A stretch of 32,000 nt of DNA from Delftia acidovorans NBRC 14950 (GCF_001598795.1 NZ_BCZP01000017.1:30001-62000); one strand, 5' to 3'. Shown: positions 1-9,832, counted from the first letter of the stretch. Notes: generated by a model from the sequence alone, not told the origin. Translations and numbers: made by a program.

Positions 1-654
1 GCAGTCCTGTCGGGCTGCACGACGCTCAATGACCCGCCGCCCGTGGACATGCCGTCCACTGCGCCTCCCGTGCTGATGCCGGCCGCGCCCGTGGCGGGCA
101 GCCCTACGGGCAGCCTGTTCAATGCCGCCAGCTACCGTCCCGGTTTCGAGAACCGGCGCGCGCGCCTGGTGGGGGACATGGTGACGGTGCAGATCGTGGA
201 GCGCGTGACGGCCAGCCAGAAGTCGGATTCGGGCCTCAAGCGGTCCAACAAGACCACGGCGGGGATTTCTGCGCTGCCGCTGTTCTCGGGCAATGCGCTG
301 GCCAATCTCAAGGACCGCTCGAACATCGGTTTCAACAACAACAACGACTACACGGGCTCGGGCTCGACGTCGAGCGACAACACGTTCACGGGCGCCATCA
401 GCACGACGGTGGTCGATGTGCTGCCCAACGGCCATCTGGTGATCGCCGGAGAAAAGCAGATCGGCGTGAACCACAACGTGGATGTGCTGCGCTTCACGGG
501 CACGGTGGACCCGCGCACCATGCAGCCCGGCAGCCTGGTCGCATCGACCCAGGTGGCCAATGTGCGCGTGGAATCGCGCAGCCGCGGACAGGCCGGGGAA
601 GCGCAGTCAATTGGCTGGTTGTCCCGGTTCTTTTTGAACGTTATGCCGTTCTGA
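1..654 (+). CDS. flgH: Flagellar L-ring lipoprotein FlgH (5' end truncated by window edge)
   Basis: Frame 1 is open from base 1 and reads AVLSGCTTLND (lipobox LSGC) ahead of the track Met at 43. The body (GDMVTVQIVE, LVIAGEKQIGVN, VLRFTGTVDP) fits the FlgH pattern, and flgI follows directly. Confidence 0.9.
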   Translation, partial: AVLSGCTTLNDPPPVDMPSTAPPVLMPAAPVAGSPTGSLFNAASYRPGFENRRARLVGDMVTVQIVERVTASQKSDSGLKRSNKTTAGISALPLFSGNALANLKDRSNIGFNNNNDYTGSGSTSSDNTFTGAISTTVVDVLPNGHLVIAGEKQIGVNHNVDVLRFTGTVDPRTMQPGSLVASTQVANVRVESRSRGQAGEAQSIGWLSRFFLNVMPF

Positions 655-674
655 TTCTCCGGAGAATGGACAGC

Positions 675-1823
675 ATGAAAGTACTGTCCATGCTCCTGAC
701 ATTGCGCCAAGCGCAGCGCCCCTTCTGGGTTGCAGCCGCCCTCGGCGCCAGCATGCTGACCCTGCCGGCGCATGCAACACGCATCAAAGAGGTCGCTGCC
801 ATCCAGGGCGTGCGCAGCAACCAGTTGACCGGCTACGGTCTGGTGGTCGGCCTCGACGGCACGGGCGACCAGACCACCCAGATGCCCTACACCAAGCAGG
901 CCCTGGCCAATTACCTGGAGCAGATGGGCATCTCGCTGCCCGCCACAGGCAATTCGGGCCAGCTGCAGCTCAAGAACGTGGCGGCCGTGATCGTCACCGC
1001 CGAACTGCCGGCCTTTGCCCAGCCGGGCCAGGCCATCGACGTGGTGGTCTCCTCCGTGGGCAATGCCAAGTCGCTCAAGGGCGGCACCCTGGTGGCCACG
1101 CCGCTGCGCGGCGCCGATGGCGAGATCTATGCGCTGGCCCAGGGCAACCTCGTGGTCGGCGGCGCCGGCGCCTCGGCCGGCGGCTCCAAGGTACAGATCA
1201 ACCACCTGAGCGCCGGCCGCGTGCCGCAGGGCGCCCAGGTCGAGCGCGCCGTTCCCACCCCGATCAATGAAGGCGACAGCATCACGCTGGGCCTGAACGC
1301 CACCGATTTCCAGACCGCCGACAAGGTGGTGCGCGCCATCAACCAGCGCATGGGCCAGGGCGTGGCACAGGCGCTGGACGGGCGCACCGTGCGCGTGTCC
1401 GCGCCCCAGGACCCGGGATCGCGCGTACGCATGATCGCCGAGATCCAGGAGATGCCGATCGAGACCTCCAAGCCCTCGGCCAAGGTCGTGATCAATGCAC
1501 GCACGGGCTCCATCGTGCTCAACCAGGCCGTGACCCTGGGCCCCTGCGCCATCGCCCACGGCAACCTGGCCATCACCATCAGCACCACGCCGGTGATCAG
1601 CCAGCCCGGCGCCTTCTCGCAGGGCCAGACCGTGGTGGCCCAGAAGTCCGACATCCAGATCAAGCAGGAGCCCGGCAACATCATCAATATGCCCGGCTCC
1701 CCGCAATTGACCGACGTGGTGCGCGCACTCAACACGCTGGGCGCCACGCCCCAGGACCTGCTGGCCATCCTGCAGGCCATCAAGGCAGCAGGCGCCCTCA
1801 ACGCCGAACTGGAGGTGATATGA
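675..1823 (+). CDS. flgI: Flagellar P-ring protein FlgI
   Basis: GGAGA at 661-665 suits the ATG at 675 better than the track ATG at 666. The signal peptide ends LPAHA/TRIKE. Conserved FlgI blocks are present: GYGLVVGLDGTGD, LKGGTLVATPLRGADG, AQGNLVVGG, INARTGSIV. The stop overlaps the flgJ start. Confidence 0.93.
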   Translation: MKVLSMLLTLRQAQRPFWVAAALGASMLTLPAHATRIKEVAAIQGVRSNQLTGYGLVVGLDGTGDQTTQMPYTKQALANYLEQMGISLPATGNSGQLQLKNVAAVIVTAELPAFAQPGQAIDVVVSSVGNAKSLKGGTLVATPLRGADGEIYALAQGNLVVGGAGASAGGSKVQINHLSAGRVPQGAQVERAVPTPINEGDSITLGLNATDFQTADKVVRAINQRMGQGVAQALDGRTVRVSAPQDPGSRVRMIAEIQEMPIETSKPSAKVVINARTGSIVLNQAVTLGPCAIAHGNLAITISTTPVISQPGAFSQGQTVVAQKSDIQIKQEPGNIINMPGSPQLTDVVRALNTLGATPQDLLAILQAIKAAGALNAELEVI

Positions 1824-2782
1824 GCATCGCACTTCCCAATGGATCGCAGACTGCGGCCAGCAATGCGCTGGCGGCCGACGCCCGGTCCCTCAACGCACTC
1901 AAATTCGCGGCCGGCGAGAACAGTCCGCAGGCAGCGAAGGAAACCGCCAAGCAGCTGGAATCGCTGTTCATGCGCGAGATGATCAAGAGCATGCGCGAGG
2001 CCACCATGAAGTCCGGCCTGCTCGACAGCGCACAGGGCAACCTCAGCACCGACATGCTGGACCAGCAGCTGTCGGTGGCCATGTCGGGCCAGCCCGGCGG
2101 CCTGTCGGATGCCATCACGCGCCAGCTGGCCCGCACCATGGGCTCGGAAGCCGCCGAGGATGCCGAGATCTCCGTGCCCTCCACACTGAGCATGAGCCGC
2201 ATCGCCTGGCGCAGCACGGCCGGCAGCGCCAATGGCACCACAGCTGCCTGGAGCGGCAGCCGCAGCAGCGCGGCCCAGTCCGTCAACGCCTACGCGCCCG
2301 CGCCCAAGGGCCGTGACAATTTCGTCGCCCACCATGGCGACGCCGCTGCACGCGTGGCGCAGGAAAGCGGCATTCCGGCCGCCTTCATGCTGGGCCAGGC
2401 CGGACACGAGACCGGCTGGGGCAAGAGCGAAATCAAGAATGCCAATGGCAGCAATGCACACAACCTGTTCGGCATCAAGGCCGGCAAGGGCTGGACGGGC
2501 AAGGTCGCCGAGGTCACGACCACCGAATACATCGACGGCGTGGCGCGCAAGGTCACGGCCAAGTTCCGCGCCTACGACTCCTACGAGGAGTCCTTCCGCG
2601 ACTACGCGCGCCTGATCACCAGCAATCCGCGCTACGAGAAAGCCATGGGCAAGACCGACTCGGCCCTGGCCTATGCGACCGAGCTGCAGAAAGCCGGCTA
2701 CGCCACCGATCCCGAATACGCCAGCAAGCTCAGCCGCGCCATCCAGAGCGCCGTGCAGAGCGCGGCACGTGCCCAAGCCTAA
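1820..2782 (+). CDS. flgJ: Flagellar rod assembly protein / peptidoglycan hydrolase FlgJ
   Basis: GGAGG at 1811-1815 and an ATGA overlap with flgI. The N-terminal rod-binding region reads AKQLESLFMREMIKSMREA. The C-terminal glucosaminidase-type domain shows AGHETGWGK, NLFGIKA and GYATDPEYASKL. Confidence 0.92.
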   Translation: MSIALPNGSQTAASNALAADARSLNALKFAAGENSPQAAKETAKQLESLFMREMIKSMREATMKSGLLDSAQGNLSTDMLDQQLSVAMSGQPGGLSDAITRQLARTMGSEAAEDAEISVPSTLSMSRIAWRSTAGSANGTTAAWSGSRSSAAQSVNAYAPAPKGRDNFVAHHGDAAARVAQESGIPAAFMLGQAGHETGWGKSEIKNANGSNAHNLFGIKAGKGWTGKVAEVTTTEYIDGVARKVTAKFRAYDSYEESFRDYARLITSNPRYEKAMGKTDSALAYATELQKAGYATDPEYASKLSRAIQSAVQSAARAQA

Positions 2783-2796
2783 CCAGAGAACACGTC

Positions 2797-4761
2797 ATGA
2801 GCCTTTTGAACGTCGGGTCCCGCGCCCTGATGGCGAACCAGATCGCCCTGCAGACCACAGGCCACAACATCGCCAACGTCAACACGGCCGGATATTCGCG
2901 CCAGAGCGTGGCCTTCCAGACCTCGCCGGGCCAGAACATGGGCAGCGGCTACATCGGCAATGGCGTGGATGTGAACACCATCCTGCGCAACTTCAATGAC
3001 CTGCTCAACCGCCAGGCAGCCACGGCCAGCGCCGTGTCGGCGGCCGACTCGGCACGTGCGCAATCTCTGACGCAAATGCAGGAGGTGTTCAGTGGCGGCA
3101 AGACCGGCCTGGGCGCGGCGATCACCGACATGATGAATTCGTTCGGCGACGTGGCCGGTGCGCCCACCGACCCGTCGGCGCGCCAGGTGGTGCTCACGCG
3201 CATGAACGAACTGGCGGCGCGCTTTCGCTCGGCATCGGCCCAGCTGGACGAGCTGGACTACAGCGCCAAGCAGCAGATGGGCAACGATGTGACCGTGGTC
3301 AACAGCCTGGCCGGCCAGGTAGCCACGCTCAATGCGCAGATCAGCCGCTCCATCGCCTCGGGCCAGACGCCCAACGACCTGCTGGACCAGCGCGACCAGC
3401 TGGTGCGCAACATCAACAAATACGTGCAGACCAGCCAGATCCCTGCGGACGACGGCAGCATCAGCCTGTTCGTGGGCGGCAGCCAGCCGCTGGTGCTGGG
3501 ACCCAATTCCGCACAGCTCACGCTCAAGGAAGCCACCGAGTTCCCGGGCAGCGGCAAGATGGCCCTGTACTTCCAGCAGCCCGGCGGCCAGAACGTGGAA
3601 CTGACGCCCTCCATGCTGGGTGGCGGCGAGATCGCCGGCCTGCTGCAGTTCCAGGGAAGCGACCTGACCGAGGGCCGCAACCTGCTGGGCCGCATGGCCC
3701 TGGCCATTGGCGACTCGCTGAACGAGCAAAACAACCTGGGCCTGACGCTGTCGGGACAAAGCGGCAGCAATCTGTTCAAGCTGTCCATGGTCAGCAACGG
3801 CTCGACCACGGGCGCGCAGTGGACCGGCGCCACCACGCCGACGACCACGGTGGTCGACTCCAGCCAGCTCAAGGCATCCGACTACCAGATCGTCTTCGGC
3901 AGCACGGCGCCAGCAGGCAAGGTCATCCGCCTGTCGGACGGCAAGGTCACGGACTTCACCGACATGACCGACCTGAGCTCCAAGGAGATCGACGGCCTGC
4001 GCTTCGACCTCAAGGCCGAAGGCGTGTCGGGCAACACCGTGCTGTTCCGCCCCATGGCGGCGGGCGCCCACGACATCCAGGCCGCCGTGCACTCGCCCAA
4101 TGACCTGGCCGTGGCCAACCCCGTGGCGGCCAGCATCAAGTCGCTGGGCGATGCGACCCTGCAAATGGGCGGCATCCAGGTCAGTGCCGGCTTCAACCTG
4201 GCAGGCTTTGCCGGCGCCGAGGTGTCGTTCAGCAAGAACGCCACCGGTCAGCTGGAATACACCATCACCCCGGCACCCGCAGGCGGCATTCCCGCCACCG
4301 GCCTCTACACCTCCGGCCAGCCGATACAGCTGGCACCGGGCCTGCAGGTCAAGATCACCGGCACGCCCGCCATCAACGGAACCACCAGCGACAAGGTCAC
4401 GCTGGGCAAGGCCACCGACCCGCAATACGGCACGGCCTATCAGCGCGATGCGGGCAATGCCAGCTCCTTCCTGGCGCTGCGCGACAGCAAGCTCTTCGAT
4501 GGCTCGACCACGCTGAGCGACGGTTTTTCCACCGCCATGGCCCAGGTCGGAACGCGCACGCAGAGCGCGCAGTACGCGGCCAAGCTGTCCGAGACCATTG
4601 CCAAGAACCTGGAGGCGGACCGCACGGCCGTCTCGGGCGTGAACCTCGACGAAGAGGCCGCCAAGCTGCTGCAGTACCAGCAGTCCTACCAGGCATCGGC
4701 CAAGATGCTGCAGGTCGCGCAAAGCATTTTCGACAGCGTTCTGCAGACCGTAGGCCGCTGA
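2797..4761 (+). CDS. flgK: Flagellar hook-associated protein 1 FlgK
   Basis: 654 aa. The N terminus MSLLNVGSRALMANQIALQTTGHNIANVNTAGYSRQ and the C terminus VNLDEEAAKLLQYQQSYQASAKMLQ are typical HAP1 signatures. Confidence 0.95.
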   Translation: MSLLNVGSRALMANQIALQTTGHNIANVNTAGYSRQSVAFQTSPGQNMGSGYIGNGVDVNTILRNFNDLLNRQAATASAVSAADSARAQSLTQMQEVFSGGKTGLGAAITDMMNSFGDVAGAPTDPSARQVVLTRMNELAARFRSASAQLDELDYSAKQQMGNDVTVVNSLAGQVATLNAQISRSIASGQTPNDLLDQRDQLVRNINKYVQTSQIPADDGSISLFVGGSQPLVLGPNSAQLTLKEATEFPGSGKMALYFQQPGGQNVELTPSMLGGGEIAGLLQFQGSDLTEGRNLLGRMALAIGDSLNEQNNLGLTLSGQSGSNLFKLSMVSNGSTTGAQWTGATTPTTTVVDSSQLKASDYQIVFGSTAPAGKVIRLSDGKVTDFTDMTDLSSKEIDGLRFDLKAEGVSGNTVLFRPMAAGAHDIQAAVHSPNDLAVANPVAASIKSLGDATLQMGGIQVSAGFNLAGFAGAEVSFSKNATGQLEYTITPAPAGGIPATGLYTSGQPIQLAPGLQVKITGTPAINGTTSDKVTLGKATDPQYGTAYQRDAGNASSFLALRDSKLFDGSTTLSDGFSTAMAQVGTRTQSAQYAAKLSETIAKNLEADRTAVSGVNLDEEAAKLLQYQQSYQASAKMLQVAQSIFDSVLQTVGR

Positions 4762-4784
4762 ACACCGGACAGGAGCATTCCACC

Positions 4785-6017
4785 ATGAGCATCTCCCGCA
4801 TTGGCACGGCCAACATGTACGAAAGCACCATCAACAACCTGAACTCGCGCAACACGAGTCTGGTGGACCTGATGGAAAAGACCACCTCCGGCAAGCGCGT
4901 GGTGCGCGCCAGCGACGACCCCGTGGCCGCCGCACAGGCCGAACGCGCACTCACGCGCATCTCCCGCTCCGAAAACGACCAGCGCGTGCTGGGCCTGCAG
5001 CGCGATGTGATCGCCCAGGGCGAATCCAAGCTGGGTACGGCCCAGGACGCACTCAAGGACTTCCGCGACAAGATCCTGGCGGCAGGCAACGGCTCCTATG
5101 ACCAAAAGGCCCGTGATGCGCTGGTGCAGGAACTCCAAAGCCTGCGCGACCAGGTCCTGAGCTACGCCAATGCCAAGGACTCCAATGGCATGCCTCTCTT
5201 CCGGGGACTGGGCAGCAAGGAAGACCCCCTGACCAGCGCCACGCCTGGCGCGAGCTCCCAGCTGCAGGCAGGCCAGAGCACAGGCGGCGAGAACGGGCTG
5301 CCGATCGCGCTGGACGGGTTCTCGACCTGGATGAACGTGCCTACGGGCAACGGCGTGTTTTCCGTCTCGCGCCAGTCGGTGGCCGGCAGTTCCGCCTACG
5401 CGAGCCTGGGTACCGTAACGGATCCCAGTCAACTGACCAGTGACACCTACACCATTGCCTTCGTCAAGGACCCGGTCACCAACGCCGTCACCTATAGCAT
5501 CGACGCCTTCAACCCCCTGCCCGCTCCCGGGGGCACCACAACCAACAAGGTTCCCGCCGGTACGGCCTTCCCCGCCGACGGCAAACTCACCGTGGACGGC
5601 ATGTCCGTCGGCATTTCGGGCAACCCGGCCACCGGCGACACCTTCAAGCTGGCGCCCAGCCAGCGCACCGACCTGTTCAGTGTGCTCGACGGCGTGATTT
5701 CCGCAGTCAAGAACGGCGGCACGGACCCTGGCGGCCTGCAGCAAGGGCTGGCACGCGGCCTCAATGAACTCGACGCCGGCATGAGCCGCGTCCAGGCCAT
5801 GCGCAGCTTCGCCGGCGACCAGCTCAACCGCGCCGACCGCCTTGAAGACGACATGAAGAACCAGGCGGACCAGCAGGAAGCAGCGCGTTCGCGGGCCGAA
5901 GACATCGATATGATCAAGGCCCTCTCCGATGTGGACATGCAGAAGGTGGGCATGCAGGCGGCCTTGCAGTCCTATGCCTCGATCCAGAAACTGTCACTGT
6001 TCAACTTCATCAACTGA
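4785..6017 (+). CDS. flgL: Flagellar hook-associated protein 3 FlgL
   Basis: AGGAG at 4771-4775. 410 aa with a flagellin-like N terminus (GKRVVRASDDPVAAAQ) and C terminus (QAALQSYASIQKLSLFNFI). Its position after flgK supports the call. Confidence 0.93.
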   Translation: MSISRIGTANMYESTINNLNSRNTSLVDLMEKTTSGKRVVRASDDPVAAAQAERALTRISRSENDQRVLGLQRDVIAQGESKLGTAQDALKDFRDKILAAGNGSYDQKARDALVQELQSLRDQVLSYANAKDSNGMPLFRGLGSKEDPLTSATPGASSQLQAGQSTGGENGLPIALDGFSTWMNVPTGNGVFSVSRQSVAGSSAYASLGTVTDPSQLTSDTYTIAFVKDPVTNAVTYSIDAFNPLPAPGGTTTNKVPAGTAFPADGKLTVDGMSVGISGNPATGDTFKLAPSQRTDLFSVLDGVISAVKNGGTDPGGLQQGLARGLNELDAGMSRVQAMRSFAGDQLNRADRLEDDMKNQADQQEAARSRAEDIDMIKALSDVDMQKVGMQAALQSYASIQKLSLFNFIN

Positions 6018-6038
6018 TAGCCACCCGCGCATGCATCC

Positions 6039-7331
6039 ATGGTCCAGTCCGTCCTGAGCTCTCTGACCCTCGGCTATAGGCCGCTCTGGAACCAGGCCCG
6101 CCGTCTGGCGGGCGTGCAGCTTTATCTTCACGAGGAACCCGGCGTCCAGGCCGACGTGGCCCACCTGCTGCGCATACTGCGCGAGACCTGGGGCACGCAG
6201 TCGCCGCCGGTGCTGCTGTCCCCCCAATCCCGCCAAGTACTGTGCGACCTGCTGGAGAACGCCTCCAAGGGCAGCCCCTGGATCGAGGTGCGCGGCGACT
6301 GGCTGCAGGACTCCGCCATCTACGACCTGGTGCGCCAGGCCCATGCGCGCGGCCTGATGCTGGTCTGGCGCGGACCGCTGTCCGATGTGCCCGATGCCCA
6401 GGCCGCCCACTGGTTTGCCAGCAGCCTGCTGCACCTGCCGCCCGAAGGCGCTTCGGGCATGCAAAACCAGACAGCGCTTGCGCTGCAACAGGCCGCGCAG
6501 GCAGCCCAGGCACCGACCAAGCTACAGGCCCTGAAGCAGGCCGCCAGGCCTGCACCCACCCTGCCGCCCCTGCAACTGCTGGGCGGCCAGATGTACGAGG
6601 GGCTGGACAGCCTGGCCCTGACCGATCTGTGCCTGGACAGCTTCCATGCGGGCGCCATCGCCGGCTGGCCCGTGGCCGATACGCTGCATGCCCAGCGCCA
6701 TCACGCCGCCCTGCCCAGCCGCGACACCGTGCTCGCACTGATGCGCGCCGTCGATGCCGAGCAATCGATCGAGGCCTTCGAGCAGATCCTGGGCGAGGAC
6801 CCCATCCTGGCCTATCGCTTCATGCTCTACACCAACTCCGCAGCCCTGGGCCTGCGGGGCAATGTGGACTCGCTGCGCCGCGGCCTGGTGATGCTGGGAT
6901 ACGGCACGCTGCAGCGCTGGCTGTCCGACCAGCTGCCCCACGCCTGTACCGAGCCCAGCCTGGTGCCCGTGCGCACCGCCATCCGGCTGCGCGCCAGCCT
7001 GACCGAGCGACTGATCGAGGCCGGCATCAGCCACGACCTGCAGCGCGAGGTCTATCTGCTGGGCCTGCTCTCGCAGCTGGACCAGCTGCTGGGCGAACCC
7101 CTGCCCACCGCGCTGCGCCGCATTCCCGTGTCCGAGCGCGTCTTCGACGCCGCCGTAACGCGCACCGGCCCCTACGCGCCGGCCCTGCTCATGGCCATTG
7201 CGCTGGAGTCCGACGATCCCGCACCGATTCGCCAGCTGCGCGAAGAACACGCCTTCGAGATCGAGGACGTGAACCGCATCCTGCTGCGCATGCTCAGCGA
7301 ACTGCAGGTGCAGCCCGCGCCTGCGGCCTGA
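6039..7331 (+). CDS. Signal-transduction protein with a degenerate EAL-like N-terminal half and a C-terminal HDOD domain
   Basis: 430 aa. The C-terminal half has an HDOD-like stretch: AFEQILGEDPILAYRFMLYTNSAALGLRGNVDSLRRGLVMLGYGTLQRWL. The N terminus LGYRPLWNQARRLAGVQLYLH resembles the start of EAL domains, but the expected E-A/L-L position reads QLY. No convincing RBS. The alternative frame 6242..7408 is Arg/Pro-rich and was rejected. Confidence 0.65.
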   Translation: MVQSVLSSLTLGYRPLWNQARRLAGVQLYLHEEPGVQADVAHLLRILRETWGTQSPPVLLSPQSRQVLCDLLENASKGSPWIEVRGDWLQDSAIYDLVRQAHARGLMLVWRGPLSDVPDAQAAHWFASSLLHLPPEGASGMQNQTALALQQAAQAAQAPTKLQALKQAARPAPTLPPLQLLGGQMYEGLDSLALTDLCLDSFHAGAIAGWPVADTLHAQRHHAALPSRDTVLALMRAVDAEQSIEAFEQILGEDPILAYRFMLYTNSAALGLRGNVDSLRRGLVMLGYGTLQRWLSDQLPHACTEPSLVPVRTAIRLRASLTERLIEAGISHDLQREVYLLGLLSQLDQLLGEPLPTALRRIPVSERVFDAAVTRTGPYAPALLMAIALESDDPAPIRQLREEHAFEIEDVNRILLRMLSELQVQPAPAA

Positions 7332-7393
7332 TCAGTCCACAGCGGCCGGGTGGGAAGCCTCAGCCGCCGCTGGCATCCGCAGATTCCGCCCAT

Positions 7394-7427
7394 AAAAAAA
7401 CCGCCTGAACATCAGGCGGTTTTTTTT
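7394..7427. terminator. Bidirectional rho-independent terminator between the HDOD gene (+) and fliT (-)
   Basis: An A7 run (7394-7400), stem CCGCCTGA (7401-7408), loop ACA, stem TCAGGCGG (7412-7419), then a T8 run (7420-7427). Confidence 0.85.
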
Positions 7428-7475
7428 GTGTCCGGCAGGAAGGCTGCGGATGCAGCTCCTGCCGATCTGCCCTGC

Positions 7476-7775
7476 TCAATGCATGGCGTGGGGCTGGCCG
7501 TCGAACATGTGCTCGAACTGTGCCAGCCAGGGCTCGGCCAGCGTGCGGATCTGGGCATCGTTGCGCAGGATGCGCTGCATGATGCGGGCCTTCTCCTTGC
7601 GCTGATCGGGCGCCAGCGGCTCGTCATGCGACTTGAGCCGCAGCTGCTCGATCAGCACGGCACAAGTGCCCTCGTAGCGCGTCACCCCCTCCCAATCCTT
7701 GTTCTGTGCGGCCTGCAGCATCTTGGCGCTGCTGTCTTCTATGGCACGGTAAAAGTCAATCAATGTCAGCTCCAT
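7476..7775 (-). CDS. fliT: Flagellar export chaperone FliT
   Basis: About 99 aa from the ATG at 7775 (MELTLIDFYRAIEDSSAKMLQAAQNKDWEGV...), 2 nt after the fliS stop TAG (7778-7780). It is a small helical protein in the fliD-fliS-fliT position. The track start at 7820 would overlap fliS. Confidence 0.75.
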   Translation of the reverse strand: MELTLIDFYRAIEDSSAKMLQAAQNKDWEGVTRYEGTCAVLIEQLRLKSHDEPLAPDQRKEKARIMQRILRNDAQIRTLAEPWLAQFEHMFDGQPHAMH

Positions 7776-7777
7776 TT

Positions 7778-8191
7778 CTAGGTCCCGGCAACGGCTGGCG
7801 TGTTGGCGATATCGCGCCAACCATGGGCAATCGGAGCCAGCACATCCTGCGCGCTTTGCAGCAGCGCCGCGTCGTTGCGCAGATTGGCCAGCGTCAGCTG
7901 GGTAATGCTGTAGTCGTAGACGGAAATCAGGTTCTGGGCCAGTTCGCCACCTTCATCGGGATTGACGGAGGCCTTCAGGCCTTCTTCCAGAATGCGAACG
8001 GCCTTGCCGATCTGCACTCCCTTCTCACCGATGTCGCCACGCTGCAGGGCTCCCTTGGCCGCGTTCAGCGATTTTTCAAGCGCGTCGAACAGCAGCTGGA
8101 TCAGCTGGTGGGGCGATGCGCCGTCCACGGAGGACTGGACGCCGACCTGGGCGTAGGCACTTGCAGCACGGCGGTTGAGCGATGTGTACAT
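7778..8191 (-). CDS. fliS: Flagellin-specific chaperone FliS
   Basis: Starts at ATG 8191, preceded by AAGGAAACGAAC on the minus strand. The sequence MYTSLNRRAASAYAQVGVQSSVDGASPHQLIQLLFD...IGKAVRILEEGLKASV...LISVYDY fits the FliS pattern. Confidence 0.9.
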   Translation of the reverse strand: MYTSLNRRAASAYAQVGVQSSVDGASPHQLIQLLFDALEKSLNAAKGALQRGDIGEKGVQIGKAVRILEEGLKASVNPDEGGELAQNLISVYDYSITQLTLANLRNDAALLQSAQDVLAPIAHGWRDIANTPAVAGT

Positions 8192-8291
8192 GTTCGTTTC
8201 CTTGATGTCTTGTTCTTCGGCTGCAATGCTCAAAAATGTAGAGGCATCGAGCATTGGTTACAGAAAACACGTCCGCCGCTCCGCCCTGCCA

Positions 8292-9707
8292 TCATTTATT
8301 CCACTGTGCCACTTGCTGGTTCATGTAAGCGCTCAGCGAGGAATAGCTGCCCATCTTGGCATCCAGGGACGCATATTGCGCACGCAGGCGCTTTTCAAGC
8401 AAATCGGCCTGGTCATTGACCCGGTCCTGGGACTTGCCGTTGTCCTTCTTGAGCGCCTGCAGACTCTTGTTCTTGTTGTCGAAGGTTCCTTCGAACTCCA
8501 GGGCCTTCTTCGTGAAGTCCTTCATGCGCGCAGCAAGGCCTTGCGTATTGGGCTGCCCATCGGTGCCAGCCGAGGCGAACATCTTGCTCATGGACTCAGG
8601 GTCCTTCAGAGCTGCCTCGAACTTGGTCTTGTCACTGGCCGTCGTCCCGAAGGCCAGCTTGCCGCCCTTCTGGATCTGTATGCCCATGTCCGACAGGCGC
8701 TTGAGCGTGTCGGATCCGCCCACGACCGAGCCCGAGAGCACGCTGCGCAGGCTGTTGGTCATGCCCACCGTGGTGGCATCTCCCTGCAGCACGCCAGCCA
8801 CCTTGCTCTCGGCGTCATATTTGGTGGAGCTGCCCAGCGCATCGTTGAGCGCGTTGTAGGCATCCATGAAGGCCTGGATCTTCTTCTTCATGCCCTCCGT
8901 GTCCGAAGACACCGTCACCGTGACGGGCGCTGTGGTCTGCTGGGTCACCGTGATATTGAGTCCAGGCAGGGTCTGCTTGAATTCGTTGGTTGTCGATTGC
9001 ACCGTGATGCCGTTGACATTGATCTCGGCGTTCTGGGCGTACTGCGCCACGGAACCCGTGGTGGCCTTGCCATTGAAGGCCAGGGCCGACAGGCTGGCAT
9101 CTCCACTGGAGCCGACCGTGAAGCCCGCATCCGCACCTGTGCTGCGCGAGCGCAGCACAAGGCGTTCGCCCTGGGCGTCCTTGAGCACCGAAGCCACCAC
9201 GCCGGCGCCCTTGCTGTTGATGGCCTGGACCACGTCCTCCAGCTTGGCGCCCGCCGCGATATCGATATCCAGGGGCGTTCCAGGATTGCTGAATTGGGTT
9301 CCGTCCGCGTTCCAGGAACCCATGGTGATGGTGAGCTTGCCCGCGCCGAACTGCGTGGCCGCAGGCATGATGCCGGTGGCCACCGATTGGCTGCGCGCCA
9401 GCTTGTCCACCGAGATCACCGAAGACCCCGGCAGTGCATTGGCGTCCGTCACCGAAACCGCCACGGCCGTATTGGTCGTGGCAGCATTGGTCAAACGCCA
9501 CGTATCGGCATTGGCCAGCGAAGTGGCCGCGTCCTGAAGCGTGGACATCAGGGACTTGATCTGCCCGAACGTGGATATCTTGGAATCCAGGACAGACGCT
9601 TTTTGCTGAAGCGGAACCAGTGACTGCTTTTGCAGGGCCACCAGTTTGGCGATCATTGTCTCGTCCAGGCCGCTGCCGCTGATGCCAGCTGAACTCAAGG
9701 TGGCCAT
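8292..9707 (-). CDS. fliD: Flagellar filament cap protein FliD
   Basis: The N terminus MATLSSAGISGSGLD is typical of FliD. AAAGGG sits 6 nt upstream of the ATG at 9707, while the track ATG at 9713 has no spacer. The C terminus reads AQYASLDAKMGSYSSLSAYMNQQV. Confidence 0.92.
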   Translation of the reverse strand: MATLSSAGISGSGLDETMIAKLVALQKQSLVPLQQKASVLDSKISTFGQIKSLMSTLQDAATSLANADTWRLTNAATTNTAVAVSVTDANALPGSSVISVDKLARSQSVATGIMPAATQFGAGKLTITMGSWNADGTQFSNPGTPLDIDIAAGAKLEDVVQAINSKGAGVVASVLKDAQGERLVLRSRSTGADAGFTVGSSGDASLSALAFNGKATTGSVAQYAQNAEINVNGITVQSTTNEFKQTLPGLNITVTQQTTAPVTVTVSSDTEGMKKKIQAFMDAYNALNDALGSSTKYDAESKVAGVLQGDATTVGMTNSLRSVLSGSVVGGSDTLKRLSDMGIQIQKGGKLAFGTTASDKTKFEAALKDPESMSKMFASAGTDGQPNTQGLAARMKDFTKKALEFEGTFDNKNKSLQALKKDNGKSQDRVNDQADLLEKRLRAQYASLDAKMGSYSSLSAYMNQQVAQWNK

Positions 9708-9805
9708 GACCATCCCTTTCTAAGTGCAGAACACCTCCGCGCCACAGCGCAGAACGCGTCCTTGCGAACACGCACACCAAATGCCCGAGGGCATTCCCCG
9801 GTATC

Positions 9806-9832
9806 TTATCGACCGGTTGTTCTGGAACCTGA
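9806..9832 (-). promoter_or_regulatory. Candidate FliA (sigma28) promoter for fliDST
   Basis: The minus strand reads TCAGGTTC-N11-GTCGATAA against the enteric consensus TAAAGTTT-N11-GCCGATAA. That is 5/8 in the -35 element (6/8 against the fliC2 variant TAAAGTTC) and 7/8 in the -10 element. It lies about 95 nt upstream of the fliD start. Confidence 0.5.

Noticed and set aside
348-5744. Long minus-strand ORFs opposite flgI-flgL (348..1832, 1127..2776, 2779..4722, 4686..5744).
   Set aside because: They are shadow frames of well-supported plus-strand flagellar genes in GC-rich DNA. Their translations are Gly/Ala/Arg/His/Leu-rich with no recognisable motifs.
6242-7408. A 388-aa alternative-frame ORF that overlaps the HDOD gene.
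   Set aside because: The translation is extremely Arg/Pro/Ala-rich. The 6039 frame gives a recognisable HDOD pattern and ends before the terminator.
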